From a phage: a DNA stretch of 64,000 bases. Both the position numbers and the translations under genes were made by a program. The stretch's first letter is position 1. Every line of letters begins with the position of its first letter. Under the pieces are notes generated by a model. It ran no database searches, was not told the origin of the DNA, and worked only from the letters and a program-made list of their open reading frames with translations. Shown one piece after another: positions 48,095 to 57,433 of this stretch. The stretch lies in the sequence record QB031383.1. One strand, written 5' to 3'.

Positions 48095-49096
48095 TTAAGC
48101 CGTAGTCAGTTTAACTACCAGTTCTGGACGGGTGTTAACTGCGAGCAGAGAGAATTCAGACTGAAGCTGAATAGTGCGGTGCTGGCTGATCATGAAGGTA
48201 TACAGTTCACGAGCCTGGGTGTTAGCCAGTTCTGGAGTATCCGCAGGAGCGTAGTGCGCCTGGAACATACCTTCGATACCCATAGGCAGAACATATGCTT
48301 CACCAGCAGGGATGTTACCGTGGATATCTTCAATGTAAGTTACACCGTTCCATTCGAACACCTGAACATCCATGTTACCGCTAAGGCGGTCACGCAGAAG
48401 GTTAGGAGTTCCCTGGAAATACTGATATGCCTGGCGAACAAATGGAGAGTTAACCAGAGATGCGAAAAATTCACGAGAACACAGAGCTACGATACGAGTA
48501 GCGGTAGAGCCATCTTGTTTAGTATCGATGATGTAAGCACGAGCTTCTTTCTCGATAGTGGCTGCTGGAGAAACAGTGGTAGAAGCAAAGTCTACAGCAA
48601 CAGATTTCTGGGTAGCACCCCATTCGGTATACCAGTTGTATGCAGAGTTAGCTGCACCACCTACGCCGTTATAGGCACGACCCATAACTGCTTCTGCAAA
48701 GATTTTCTCTTTGGTTTTTGCTACGTCACGCAGAATCTGGGACATATAGCGGTTAACAACTTCAGCGTCTGTGCGCAGAGAGTCATTGATTCCTGCCATT
48801 GCAAAGCTACGGAAAGATTGAATATCTTGAGCTTTGATGTTTTTATCCAGAGGGAAGAACGGAATGCGGAACGCTTTCAGTTCTGGATTTTTCATGCTCA
48901 GGAAGTTACGCTCACCACCACGCTCACGAGCGGAGATCAGAGCATCTTCAGCTTTTTCTTTACCGATTTCAATAGCGGTAGTTGAATGATAGTCAACACT
49001 GAACAGATTCAGGCTGGCAATCAGTGTATCAGGGGAATCCTGAAGTTCGATCATAGGGCTGAAATCTACAACCTGATCTAAAATTACTGCTGGCAT
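48095..49096 (-). CDS. major capsid protein (lambda gpE-like family)
   Basis: 333 aa; C-terminal NTQAR block and length match the E-type capsid family; preceded by a small decoration-like gene. Confidence 0.6.
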   Translation of the reverse strand: MPAVILDQVVDFSPMIELQDSPDTLIASLNLFSVDYHSTTAIEIGKEKAEDALISARERGGERNFLSMKNPELKAFRIPFFPLDKNIKAQDIQSFRSFAMAGINDSLRTDAEVVNRYMSQILRDVAKTKEKIFAEAVMGRAYNGVGGAANSAYNWYTEWGATQKSVAVDFASTTVSPAATIEKEARAYIIDTKQDGSTATRIVALCSREFFASLVNSPFVRQAYQYFQGTPNLLRDRLSGNMDVQVFEWNGVTYIEDIHGNIPAGEAYVLPMGIEGMFQAHYAPADTPELANTQARELYTFMISQHRTIQLQSEFSLLAVNTRPELVVKLTTA

Positions 49097-49117
49097 TATA
49101 TTAATCTCCTATTAAAA

Positions 49118-49516
49118 TTAAGAAGTGAAAACGACTTTTTCGGTCAGTTTCAGATCATGTGTTTCCAGTGCTGCTACGCCAGCGTCATCTACCAGGGAGC
49201 CATCTTTGTAGTATACTGCAAAGCGGTTCAGAGTAAGATCACGTACGCCAACAACTGCGGTGAAAGTGTCACCTACTGCTACATCGTCAATACCGAACAG
49301 AGCATCAGTCCAAATCAGAACTTTAGCAGCGTCGGCAGCTTCAGCTTTAGCAGCTTCAGTGTTGTCAGCTTTCAGGATAGAACCAATTTTCATGGTTGCT
49401 GTTTTAACCAGGTTAACTTCACGCACACAGTGTCCAAGGTCAGAGCTAAACACTCCACCCAGAACCAGGTGTCCGAATTCCTGGCGAGAGTTAGATAAAG
49501 TAATTCCTTTAGCCAT
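49118..49516 (-). CDS. head decoration-like protein
   Basis: 132 aa, Ala/Val/Asp-rich, immediately upstream of the capsid gene. Confidence 0.4.
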   Translation of the reverse strand: MAKGITLSNSRQEFGHLVLGGVFSSDLGHCVREVNLVKTATMKIGSILKADNTEAAKAEAADAAKVLIWTDALFGIDDVAVGDTFTAVVGVRDLTLNRFAVYYKDGSLVDDAGVAALETHDLKLTEKVVFTS

Positions 49517-49535
49517 TTAATTTAATCTCCTAAGA

Positions 49536-50651
49536 TTATTGTTTCTGGGCTTTTTTAAGTTCAGCAGCTTTCTGACTAATCAGTTCAGAAGAAGATTTAG
49601 CTACAGGTTGAGTATTGATCACGTCAACACCACGTTCTGTTCCAAATTCTTTCTTAACTGCGTCCACTTCTGCACGTGCTTTTTCGAATGCTTTGACGAT
49701 AGTTTCAGCGATATCTTTATTGTCTACCAGATATTTAACGAGAGCTTCAACTTTGTCTTCTTCTACGAAAGAATAGGATTTAACAACAGTTGTATATTCT
49801 TCTTCGATACGAGCTTGTTCAGCTTTACGAAGTTCTTCTGCTTCCTGTTCTGCCTTAGCGATTTTTTCCTGTGCTTCAAGTTCTGCGGCTGCACGTGCAT
49901 CTGCGGCTGCTTTTTCTACAGCTTCAGCGATCTGTGCTTTCATCAGTTCTTGGAATTCAGCAGATTTCAGGAATTCTTCTTTGTTGATATTTTCCAAAGG
50001 GGTTTCTCCTTTATTGATTCCAGTTGTGTTTGCAGATTTATCACCTGCGGGGTTAGCCTCTGCATCCACAGAGTTTGTATTAGCTTTAGCGTGAGCTTTC
50101 ACTAAATAATCTTTAACTTGACTTTGTTTCAAGGAACTCTTAACGAGATTACTCAAAGCATCGTCTAAAACGTCCTCAAAGAAATCAATGGAGATCATTA
50201 CATCACCATCAACAACTTGATAATCAGTAACACGAACAACAGGTTTAGCAACCTCTTCAACTTCAACATTCAGTCCGTCAACTTTAAAGCCAACAGAGAA
50301 CATACCGTTATCTGAACAGAAAATTGCAACGTTCGCATCGAAGTCAGCATCAATAACGTAAACCCAATCCCAACCAGCTTCAAATTTTTCACGCACTTTT
50401 TCAGAAATGCGATCCATCACTTGTTGAATATAGCTTTTACGTAACTCTGTAACATCTTCTCCCATTTTAGTGAGAGCTTCTAACTTTTCAAAAGTTATGT
50501 CTGGAGATCCGTCTGACTTAAATAAAAGGGGGGTATTATAACCAGATGCCGCTCCACCTTGAAAATCAAAAGTGTAAGCAATATGAGCACCTAGTGACTC
50601 TTCCGTAGCTTTTCCTGAAAAGTCTACGTTAGTTAAATATGTATTTGCCAC
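49536..50651 (-). CDS. head scaffolding protein
   Basis: 371 aa; long Ala/Glu/Lys-rich coiled-coil (AAELEAQEKIAKAEQEAEELRKAEQ). Confidence 0.5.
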   Translation of the reverse strand: MANTYLTNVDFSGKATEESLGAHIAYTFDFQGGAASGYNTPLLFKSDGSPDITFEKLEALTKMGEDVTELRKSYIQQVMDRISEKVREKFEAGWDWVYVIDADFDANVAIFCSDNGMFSVGFKVDGLNVEVEEVAKPVVRVTDYQVVDGDVMISIDFFEDVLDDALSNLVKSSLKQSQVKDYLVKAHAKANTNSVDAEANPAGDKSANTTGINKGETPLENINKEEFLKSAEFQELMKAQIAEAVEKAAADARAAAELEAQEKIAKAEQEAEELRKAEQARIEEEYTTVVKSYSFVEEDKVEALVKYLVDNKDIAETIVKAFEKARAEVDAVKKEFGTERGVDVINTQPVAKSSSELISQKAAELKKAQKQ

Positions 50652-50653
50652 GA

Positions 50654-51133
50654 TTAGTCCTTCTTGACTTTAACGCCCATTGCGCCTATACTCAAACCTT
50701 TAAGAACGCCGTCTTTACGAGCTTGATATAATTCAGGGTCGTTGAATTGGATTTTAACGAGGGGAGTTCCTTCCACAACGAGTTCGTCACCAATGTAACA
50801 ATCGACTTCATTTACCCAAGCTTTAATTGGAGCAAACTTATCGGTGTTCTTCATGTGACCAAGATTACCACTAATGTTGGTAATATTCTCATTGAAGTTG
50901 TCAACCATCTTCCTGATTTCCAAATCAGACATGCGCTCTCCGTGGAGATCGTCTTCTTCAGGTGGACAATACAAGACCTCAATAACCTGCATCTTTTCTT
51001 CATCAAATTTATTTTGTTTGACTAGAGTTTCAGGTTTTTGAGATGGTATAGAATCTTGTTGGGATTCAGAATTCTCTTTAAAACCAGCGAAGGTTTTGAA
51101 GAGTTCCCACAGTGTATCTTTATTGAGTTCCAT
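50654..51133 (-). CDS. head assembly protein (possible prohead protease)
   Basis: 159 aa ORF between portal and scaffold genes; own promoter-like element upstream. Confidence 0.35.
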   Translation of the reverse strand: MELNKDTLWELFKTFAGFKENSESQQDSIPSQKPETLVKQNKFDEEKMQVIEVLYCPPEEDDLHGERMSDLEIRKMVDNFNENITNISGNLGHMKNTDKFAPIKAWVNEVDCYIGDELVVEGTPLVKIQFNDPELYQARKDGVLKGLSIGAMGVKVKKD

Positions 51134-51169
51134 TTGAAACCTCTTAAAAACAGATATCCCATAAATCTT

Positions 51170-51198
51170 AGTCTACAGGATATTTGTTGTTTTGTCAA
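51170..51198 (-). promoter_or_regulatory. promoter-like element (CTATTGACAA motif, -10-like TAGACT)
   Basis: Third minus-strand copy of the aCTATTGACAa motif, between the portal and 51133 genes. Confidence 0.45.
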
Positions 51199-51226
51199 TA
51201 GAAAAATTAAAAAATATTAAATATTT

Positions 51227-52792
51227 TTAATTCGACAGGTTTTGTGCTGAAGGATCTAAAGCAGAAACAGTATCAGACGTTCCAGTTCCCGCTGTAGCTA
51301 AACCATCTCCTGATCGTGAAGTTTTGTCAGGCATATAGTTATCCATGAATTCAAAGAATTTCTCTTTATTGGCAACAATATCGTCAGGGATGCGATATTC
51401 AAAACCAATTTTTTCAAGGAACTCGTTAATAACTTCTGGGGTTAAAGGTATTGCACCAGAGGCTACCAACTGCTGAATAGCTTTAGCATTTACTTCAATA
51501 TCAGGATCACCCATTTCACCACTGACAAACTTAGGCATATCTTCATCAGAAAGGAAGATATTGTTTAGTCGTAGTGTTTGAGGGATCAGTTGAGAGTTTA
51601 TAGCTTCTACAACAATATCTACATCTCGCTCAATAAAATGAGACAATAGTGTTTGTTTGTTGTCAGAAAGCGCAAAACTTCCTGCATCACCATCACCCAT
51701 AATCAACACACCCGCACCAAAGCGGTTATAAATATCTAGCTTGCGTTGTTTGATTAGTGCTTGAGTGTCAAACTGTTTACCCGTGCCATCAACACCTTGG
51801 AATACAAGATCGTATTGACGCATCACTGTGCCTTCATAAACGTCTGAAGGCAATACCATGTAGGCTTGTTCACCAGAGTGTAGGTTAGCGATGTTGGCTT
51901 GGAGAACTCGAAGAGATTGTGCTTCATCCCCAGCAGGATCTAAAGATGCCCTGTTTAGAATGTCACTTGGAACCTTAAGAACTGGCATACCGCCTAAATC
52001 TTTAGATACCCCAATAACCTCAAATTCCTGAATAAGAGATTTTTCACGCCAGCTACGATATACAGCTAACAGCGGACTAACTCCTAATGGGTTATTCTCT
52101 GTAATGTTGCTACCAACAAATAAAACTTTACTGAAAGGAATTTCTTTAATACCCGTTTCTAAAGTTGTATTACCTGGAGCTAACATCGTATTGGTGATAT
52201 TCTGGTTAACAGATAGAATAGAACGTCCGTCTGCCGAATATGTAAAAGGTTGAGCCATGTGAAGAGTATCTTGTGGTCTAAAAGCCAGTTTGGTCAATCG
52301 CCAATACCCAAAGTAAGGACTTTTAGGATCTTCATCCAACTCATAAACTTTCTCTGCGAATGCAAAACCATATTGCTTATATGTCAAAAGTGATCTAACA
52401 TATTGACGTAGAGGGGCTTGCATATTGCGCAACATGTAATCAATAAACTTAGCAGCTTTTCTTGACTTTGCCGAGTTTACATTGTATTTTATCTTGAAAT
52501 CAAAGAATGCTCTATCTACAAAGATATATGTAGCGTCAAGAGCAGTAGCTACATCAGGGTCTTCACCCATCTCTTTAAAAGTGCGAATACATTCTGGGAA
52601 ACGAGTCTCATAGGGTTGCATGAAATTCGTAAATGCTTTGATTGAGTTTAATCCGATCGTTCCTATTTCAGGTGACAGGAGTAACGTTTTCTCTTTCTCT
52701 GCCTCTTTTGTTGGAGAGAGAGCAGCTTTATTTGCAGCACCTTTGTCCCAGTATTCTGACTTTTTAGTGTACGTTCTTTTTCCTGTTGACAC
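51227..52792 (-). CDS. portal protein
   Basis: 521 aa; GTG start after GGAGGA; immediately downstream of the terminase large subunit. Confidence 0.65.
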   Translation of the reverse strand: MSTGKRTYTKKSEYWDKGAANKAALSPTKEAEKEKTLLLSPEIGTIGLNSIKAFTNFMQPYETRFPECIRTFKEMGEDPDVATALDATYIFVDRAFFDFKIKYNVNSAKSRKAAKFIDYMLRNMQAPLRQYVRSLLTYKQYGFAFAEKVYELDEDPKSPYFGYWRLTKLAFRPQDTLHMAQPFTYSADGRSILSVNQNITNTMLAPGNTTLETGIKEIPFSKVLFVGSNITENNPLGVSPLLAVYRSWREKSLIQEFEVIGVSKDLGGMPVLKVPSDILNRASLDPAGDEAQSLRVLQANIANLHSGEQAYMVLPSDVYEGTVMRQYDLVFQGVDGTGKQFDTQALIKQRKLDIYNRFGAGVLIMGDGDAGSFALSDNKQTLLSHFIERDVDIVVEAINSQLIPQTLRLNNIFLSDEDMPKFVSGEMGDPDIEVNAKAIQQLVASGAIPLTPEVINEFLEKIGFEYRIPDDIVANKEKFFEFMDNYMPDKTSRSGDGLATAGTGTSDTVSALDPSAQNLSN

Positions 52793-52861
52793 TTGTTCCT
52801 CCAGTCAGGTATAAAATCGTTAAGGCAAGGCTGTATTATATACAACCTCACCTATCTAGTT

Positions 52862-52890
52862 ATAATACACTTTAAAGTGACTTTTGTCAA
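52862..52890 (-). promoter_or_regulatory. sigma70-like promoter (TTGACA-17-TATTAT) upstream of portal
   Basis: Read on the reverse complement in the terminase-portal intergenic region. Confidence 0.55.
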
Positions 52891-52893
52891 CAA

Positions 52894-54969
52894 TTATCTT
52901 TTACGGACACTATACGGTTGGTGAAATCCGCTGTTCATTCTACTGTATCCTGTAGGAGCATTTGTTGTTGTAGGGATAGCTACTGCCTTGAAAGTATTCT
53001 CTTTTGACAGAGTATTAAAACAAGAGGCAGCAGCATCGGGAATGTCATCTTTAATAGTGGCTGTAGATCTTTCACCATTGAAAGATTCCAATTCTTTATA
53101 AAAGTGGGTTAAAGTTTCCACATTAGGGAAAGAATCTTCAACAATATAAACAAAACCGTTTTGACACGCACTACTAAAAGGCATAAAACGCTGAAGCTTT
53201 TTCTTGTTGCCTGGCATAGCATCTGGTTTAACAACAAAACCTTCCAGAATAAGTTTCTTTGCAGACTCTGTATATTCTATTGTCCCAGCACCAGATGGGT
53301 CTTTAGGAAGAACTACTGTAACTTCTGGTCCATCGATCTTACATTGATTTAGAATCAGGTTATCCCTTTCCCCAGGTAGTCTTCGAAACCTTCCAAAAAT
53401 TTTACTTTTCTCATCCACAGCATCATAATCATAGTCGCCAAAGATGTAGATATTACCATCTTGGTCTTTACCCATTTTGACAGATGTTGTATAGTCTGGA
53501 TAACGGTAAGTTTCTGTAGGAACTGAAACAGCTTTATCCCATGCTCGCATTAGTTTAAGATTGTTAGGAACATCTTTATAAGATATTTTATGTAACCATT
53601 CACGTTGAAAGAAAGATTCTTTCTGAATACGTGCAAACCAACAACCGTCCAGAAGCTGTGCTCTTTTAATCGCTGTTTGTGATTTAAGCTGTGCTAAGTA
53701 ATTAGGGTTAAGCCTAATGAGTTCTGGGTTATCAAATATTGTCCCACCAATAAATACGAAAGTTTGTGGTTCAATAACAACTGTCTCCCCTGTATTAGGG
53801 TTTTCCATGAAACAGTTTTCTGGATATTTTTCTTTCAGTTCTTCAGGTGTGTCAGCAAAAACAGGTTCATCGTTAACAATGATGAAATATTTTTGTTTAC
53901 CACACATATCTTCTCTAGGATAACCACCCTCATCAAGATAAGGTAACACCCAATTCAAAACCCAACTATCTGCGTCAGGGTTACATGTGCACAACATGAA
54001 ACTTGTTTCTGACTCTGAACGCATACGTCCCAGAAGATAGAGCATTTCATATTGTGTGAAGTGGGTTAACTCGTCAAAACCTACCATTGAATACTGTGTA
54101 CCCTGATGGTTTGTTTCTGCTGTTACGTTATCATTTTCCAAATGGTCAAATTTGAGGGTTCCACCACCAGTGGCTTCAAAAATGATATCCATTGTACTTT
54201 CTTTTACGTGCGGTTGTAAAGGAAGATACAAACGTTTTGCTTCTGTAAACAGACCACCTGGTTTACGGTGAGCAGTGGTGTTCTTACGGAAAAGTATTCC
54301 ACCAAACAAAGGGTCTTTGTAGGCGTATTTTAAAGCTTTCAGCAATAGCAGACGAGACTTGCCGCTATTCCCAGTAACGAAGCAGTGATCGCCACGTCTA
54401 AAGACAATATAGCTGCTTGGAGTCTCAAAACAATATTTCTTATCATCTGTTGAAATAACCTCGTGTATTTTTAAGTAAGTGCTCTTTTTACCAGGTATGT
54501 TAAAAGGAACACGTTTACCGAATGGATTTTCTACATAACCTTGCAGGGGTTTTCCTATTTGCTGTAATGCAATAAGATCTCCTACAAGAATCTCGAAATG
54601 TTTCTTTGATTTCTTTTTCTTATAGAATACAAAACGGTGTTCCATACTAAGTTCTTGGAACAATCCTACACCATTTGTTATTCTGTATAGGTTATCTCCA
54701 TTTAAATCGTATTCTACAAAATAAGGTGTTACCAATTCTAAACGCTTATTCTTAGGATTGTATTGGTAAATATCCTCTCCAGAATATTCACTAATCTGTC
54801 TCCAACCATCTTTTGTAAGATATTCTGTTTCAGCAGAAACACATCCAGCGGCACCACCATAAATCATAACTTCTGGCATTAAATCCATTGCAAGAGTCTG
54901 TTTACCTGGTTGAGCCTTTACTTCAATATCTACTCCAGCTAAACTACCTGCTGCCTTTTTCTTTGCCAC
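52894..54969 (-). CDS. terminase large subunit interrupted by a mini-intein
   Basis: 691 aa; Walker A split as GGAAG | intein | SGKS; Walker B VGFDELTHF; the intein-free size (~532 aa) is typical. Confidence 0.8.
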   Translation of the reverse strand: MAKKKAAGSLAGVDIEVKAQPGKQTLAMDLMPEVMIYGGAAGCVSAETEYLTKDGWRQISEYSGEDIYQYNPKNKRLELVTPYFVEYDLNGDNLYRITNGVGLFQELSMEHRFVFYKKKKSKKHFEILVGDLIALQQIGKPLQGYVENPFGKRVPFNIPGKKSTYLKIHEVISTDDKKYCFETPSSYIVFRRGDHCFVTGNSGKSRLLLLKALKYAYKDPLFGGILFRKNTTAHRKPGGLFTEAKRLYLPLQPHVKESTMDIIFEATGGGTLKFDHLENDNVTAETNHQGTQYSMVGFDELTHFTQYEMLYLLGRMRSESETSFMLCTCNPDADSWVLNWVLPYLDEGGYPREDMCGKQKYFIIVNDEPVFADTPEELKEKYPENCFMENPNTGETVVIEPQTFVFIGGTIFDNPELIRLNPNYLAQLKSQTAIKRAQLLDGCWFARIQKESFFQREWLHKISYKDVPNNLKLMRAWDKAVSVPTETYRYPDYTTSVKMGKDQDGNIYIFGDYDYDAVDEKSKIFGRFRRLPGERDNLILNQCKIDGPEVTVVLPKDPSGAGTIEYTESAKKLILEGFVVKPDAMPGNKKKLQRFMPFSSACQNGFVYIVEDSFPNVETLTHFYKELESFNGERSTATIKDDIPDAAASCFNTLSKENTFKAVAIPTTTNAPTGYSRMNSGFHQPYSVRKR
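54367..54843 (-). other. mini-intein (~159 aa) inserted in the terminase Walker A motif
   Basis: Begins with Cys (CVSAETEYLTKDG), has block B-like TxxH (SMEHRF), ends ...FVTGN followed by Ser; no homing endonuclease domain. Confidence 0.6.
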
Positions 54970-54978
54970 ATTCCCTCC

Positions 54979-55323
54979 TTATTCAGCAATAATACCTTTT
55001 TCTTGCAGTGTTTTAATATATGTTTGTAAACCTAGAACCTTTCGTCTATCTTGCTCCCAAAGAGCATTGTTTTGAGTTTGGTTGTTAACAACTTCAGATC
55101 TACTAACCCCTTTTGCAATTTGATTTTTAGTGTATGGCACAGGTGTCGATACTTTATCCATCAAGTCCGAATCTGGACCTTTAACCTTTTCTATGGCTAC
55201 AGCCTTACACTCATCAATAAGAACTGGGGAAACTTTTGTTGATGATGAACAACCCGTCATCATTAGGGGCAAAGCAAGACATACTGCCAGAATTAGTTTT
55301 TGCATAATTCGTTGTATCCTCAT
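54979..55323 (-). CDS. o-spanin (outer-membrane lipoprotein, Rz1-like)
   Basis: Signal peptide with lipobox LMMTGC; embedded out of frame in the 3' part of the i-spanin gene. Confidence 0.55.
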   Translation of the reverse strand: MRIQRIMQKLILAVCLALPLMMTGCSSSTKVSPVLIDECKAVAIEKVKGPDSDLMDKVSTPVPYTKNQIAKGVSRSEVVNNQTQNNALWEQDRRKVLGLQTYIKTLQEKGIIAE

Positions 55324-55606
55324 TGATCGTTTGTTTCTTCTTCTCTAAATCTGCTTTTAATTGTGCATTGTTTTTAGACAAGTTGTTTATTTGAGTATTT
55401 AATAATGCTCTTTCTTCATCCGCTCTTTTTTGAAGAACATCGAAATCTTGTTTTGCTTTTGCTTGGGCTGCTTGATATACTTGCGTTTGATAGGCAACAC
55501 CATCTTTGTAGCCAGACTCACGTATCTTGTTATAAGCAAACATTCCGGCAAGAATAAGAACAACAATTAAAACAAAACTTAATACAGTTTTAGTCTTTAG
55601 ATTCAT
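55214..55606 (-). CDS. i-spanin (Rz-like)
   Basis: 130 aa; N-terminal TM helix (VLSFVLIVVLILAGMF) followed by coiled-coil periplasmic domain. Confidence 0.55.
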   Translation of the reverse strand: MNLKTKTVLSFVLIVVLILAGMFAYNKIRESGYKDGVAYQTQVYQAAQAKAKQDFDVLQKRADEERALLNTQINNLSKNNAQLKADLEKKKQTINEDTTNYAKTNSGSMSCFAPNDDGLFIINKSFPSSY

Positions 55607-55650
55607 TATCTTCTACTTCCTCATAAAATTTTATTTTAGGAAGAGAAGGG

Positions 55651-55821
55651 GCGTTGTTAACTATCTTCTTCACTTCCATTGGTTGAGCCTCCGCTAGGAT
55701 CTCTTCCCAAGTCTTCTCTGTCATCATAAAGTTCTTCCTCCAAGTTCCAAACCCGTGTGTAATCATTCTTTTTATCTTTATGATAAGAAGAACGGTTAAA
55801 ATCATTTTTAACTACAAAATT
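55651..55821 (-). CDS. hypothetical small protein (alternative overlapping frame 55590-55805 also possible)
   Basis: 56 aa ORF with GAGGAGG RBS; the overlapping 71-aa frame also has a GGAGGAAG RBS, so the true frame is unresolved. Confidence 0.3.
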
Positions 55822-55881
55822 GCGCATATTTTATCCTCCTCATATCTGATCTTATCACAAAATGATATACAATTGCAAGCA

Positions 55882-55918
55882 TTAAAAATAAAAAAGCCCC
55901 TAACCTTTCGGAGAGGGG
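55882..55918 (-). terminator. rho-independent terminator after the 55968-56264 gene
   Basis: Minus strand CCCCUCUCC-GAAA-GGUUAGGGG followed by a long U-run. Confidence 0.6.
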
Positions 55919-55967
55919 TGTTAAAAATAACAAGGAGGAGGGGCAAAGCCCCAAGAGAGGAGAGGGA

Positions 55968-56264
55968 TTAGATTACGATCTTTTTAGGAACGTCATCTGT
56001 ATTCTGCACGGCAGGGGTTTCTTCTTCCATAGCTTCATAATGTTCTTCTAACCATTCTTCTACTTGCTCTTTAATAGCTTTAGCTGCTTGGAAGCGGAGA
56101 GGTTTTGCTGCATCCTTATCATTAACAAGTTCAACAATATATCGCATAGCTTCTAAATAATGCTCTGCAAATAATTCTTTTACACTTGCTTGCGCCGCAT
56201 CCATTGCGTAGATCTGTTGCATTTCGGCTGTTGGTCTTCCACGACCACGTTTTAGTTTAGGCAT
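55968..56264 (-). CDS. hypothetical protein
   Basis: 98 aa; AGGAGGATTT RBS; basic N-terminus KLKRGRGRP. Confidence 0.45.
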   Translation of the reverse strand: MPKLKRGRGRPTAEMQQIYAMDAAQASVKELFAEHYLEAMRYIVELVNDKDAAKPLRFQAAKAIKEQVEEWLEEHYEAMEEETPAVQNTDDVPKKIVI

Positions 56265-56329
56265 AATAAAATCCTCCTAAACTTTATCTTAACATATAAA
56301 AAATAATAAGTCAAGTTTTATTCAATAGA

Positions 56330-56356
56330 TAGCAAAAAGCCTCCAATAAGGAGGCT
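56330..56356 (-). terminator. rho-independent terminator at the downstream end of the tRNA array
   Basis: Minus strand AGCCUCC-UUAUU-GGAGGCU followed by UUUUUGCU. Confidence 0.7.
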
Positions 56357-56471
56357 AATAAATACTGTTAATTTGAAATGCTTTATTATAATTGTGCGTT
56401 AAGGAGTCGCACCCCTCCATCTTAGAAGGAACCAGGCAAGGTCTTCAAAGATACCGCTGGCAAGCGATATT

Positions 56472-56550
56472 TGGAGGCGGGAATCGGATTTGAACCGATG
56501 ATCTCCAGCATATGAAACTGGCGAGGACGACCAGACTCCTCTATCCCGCT
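56472..56550 (-). tRNA. tRNA-Met (anticodon CAT)
   Basis: Hand-folded cloverleaf: T-arm ATCGG-TTCAAAT-CCGAT, anticodon loop TTCATAT, CCA encoded; 1-72 position appears mismatched (A/C). Confidence 0.55.
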
Positions 56551-56552
56551 AT

Positions 56553-56627
56553 TATGTATCCCGTGCTGGATTCGAACCAGCATCACAATAAGCTGTGGAA
56601 CTCTTATCCTGTAAGTCTAACGGGAAA
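56553..56627 (-). ncRNA. tRNA-like element, anticodon arm not resolvable (possible pseudo-tRNA)
   Basis: Canonical T-arm GCTGG-TTCGAAT-CCAGC and 6-bp acceptor, packed between two tRNAs, but no standard D/anticodon arms. Confidence 0.3.
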
Positions 56628-56628
56628 C

Positions 56629-56702
56629 TGGTTGTTTCGACAAGAATCGAACTTGTGTCTCACGATTATCAGTCGTGGGTTCTACCATTGAACTACGAAA
56701 CA
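56629..56702 (-). tRNA. tRNA-Ile (anticodon GAT)
   Basis: Acceptor TGTTTCG/CGAAACA, D-arm GTTC-AATGGTA-GAAC, anticodon stem CACGA/TCGTG with loop CTGATAA, T-loop TTCGATT, CCA encoded. Confidence 0.7.
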
Positions 56703-56708
56703 TTTGAT

Positions 56709-56785
56709 TGGTCGGAATTGCAGGATTCGAACCTGCGACCCTACGCTCCCAAAGCGTATGCTCTACCAAACTGAGCTAAATTCCG
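56709..56785 (-). tRNA. tRNA-Pro (anticodon TGG)
   Basis: Acceptor CGGAATT/AATTCCG, D-arm GCTC-AGTTTGGTA-GAGC, anticodon loop TTTGGGA, T-arm GCAGG-TTCGAAT-CCTGC, CCA encoded. Confidence 0.75.
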
Positions 56786-56790
56786 TTATA

Positions 56791-56866
56791 TGGCTGGTCT
56801 GTCTGGATTTGAACCAAACCTACGACAGTCAAAGTGTCGTGTGCTACCGGACTACACTACAAACCA
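56791..56866 (-). tRNA. tRNA-Gln (anticodon TTG)
   Basis: Acceptor with U1-A72, anticodon stem CGACA/TGTCG with loop CTTTGAC, T-loop TTCAAAT, discriminator G, CCA encoded. Confidence 0.7.
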
Positions 56867-56964
56867 ATAAATCATTTAATGAAGGGCAACCAGAAGAGGT
56901 GTGAGAGAAGGAGAAAACCATGAGTAAAAGAGAAAGTTTTCTGGCAACCCTTTATTAAATAATT

Positions 56965-57038
56965 TGGAGCGTTCTACGAGGATCGAACTCGTGCCGCCGA
57001 CTTGGAAGGACGGAATGCTACCGCTACACCAAGAACGC
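56965..57038 (-). tRNA. tRNA-Gly (anticodon TCC)
   Basis: Acceptor GCGTTCT/AGAACGC, anticodon loop CTTCCAA, T-arm ACGAG-TTCGATC-CTCGT, discriminator U, CCA encoded. Confidence 0.6.
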
Positions 57039-57049
57039 CCTACATCTTT

Positions 57050-57079
57050 ACTATACTACATTTTACTATTGGTTGTCAA
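57050..57079 (-). promoter_or_regulatory. promoter-like element (aCTATTGACAa, -10-like TATAGT) directly upstream of tRNA-Gly
   Basis: Minus strand TTGACA-18-TATAGT; one of four copies of the same -35-containing motif. Confidence 0.5.
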
Positions 57080-57352
57080 TAGTTTTATTGAGCGGGACAG
57101 TGACGAGTATCCCATTGGGTGACTAGCCCTACGTTCGGTAAGCTAACTTAAAATAATACAAAACCAAAGTCAAATATTATTCTTCGTTGCTGTCGATGGG
57201 AGAGCCGCTTCTTCTTTTGCCCCATCCAACCCTACTCCGGTCAAGTTTCAGGTAACTCTTTTTGTGATCAACACAATACTAAGAACACTGTCTTTCGAGC
57301 AGACCTTGTGCACAGGATACGACGATCAATCACAGTGCTCTTAATGTTGTGT

Positions 57353-57427
57353 TGGTGCTCCCACTCTGAATCGAACAGAGATCCACGGATTACAAAACCG
57401 TTGTAATAGCCATTATACTATAGGAGC
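57353..57427 (-). tRNA. tRNA-Thr (anticodon TGT)
   Basis: Acceptor GCTCCTA/TGGGAGC (one G-U), anticodon loop TTTGTAA, T-arm CTCTG-TTCGATT-CAGAG, CCA encoded. Confidence 0.6.
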
Positions 57428-57433
57428 AAAGCT

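Noticed and set aside
48179-48985. 268-aa plus-strand ORF
   Set aside because: Entirely antisense to the major capsid gene; the minus-strand gene has the RBS, operon context and capsid-like sequence.
49539-50105. 188-aa plus-strand ORF rich in Phe/Cys
   Set aside because: Antisense shadow of the scaffolding gene (Glu/Lys/Ala codons read backwards); no RBS.
56704-56904. Plus-strand 66-aa ORF in the tRNA region
   Set aside because: Lies antisense across tRNA-Pro and tRNA-Gln with no RBS; a reading-frame artefact of the tRNA array.
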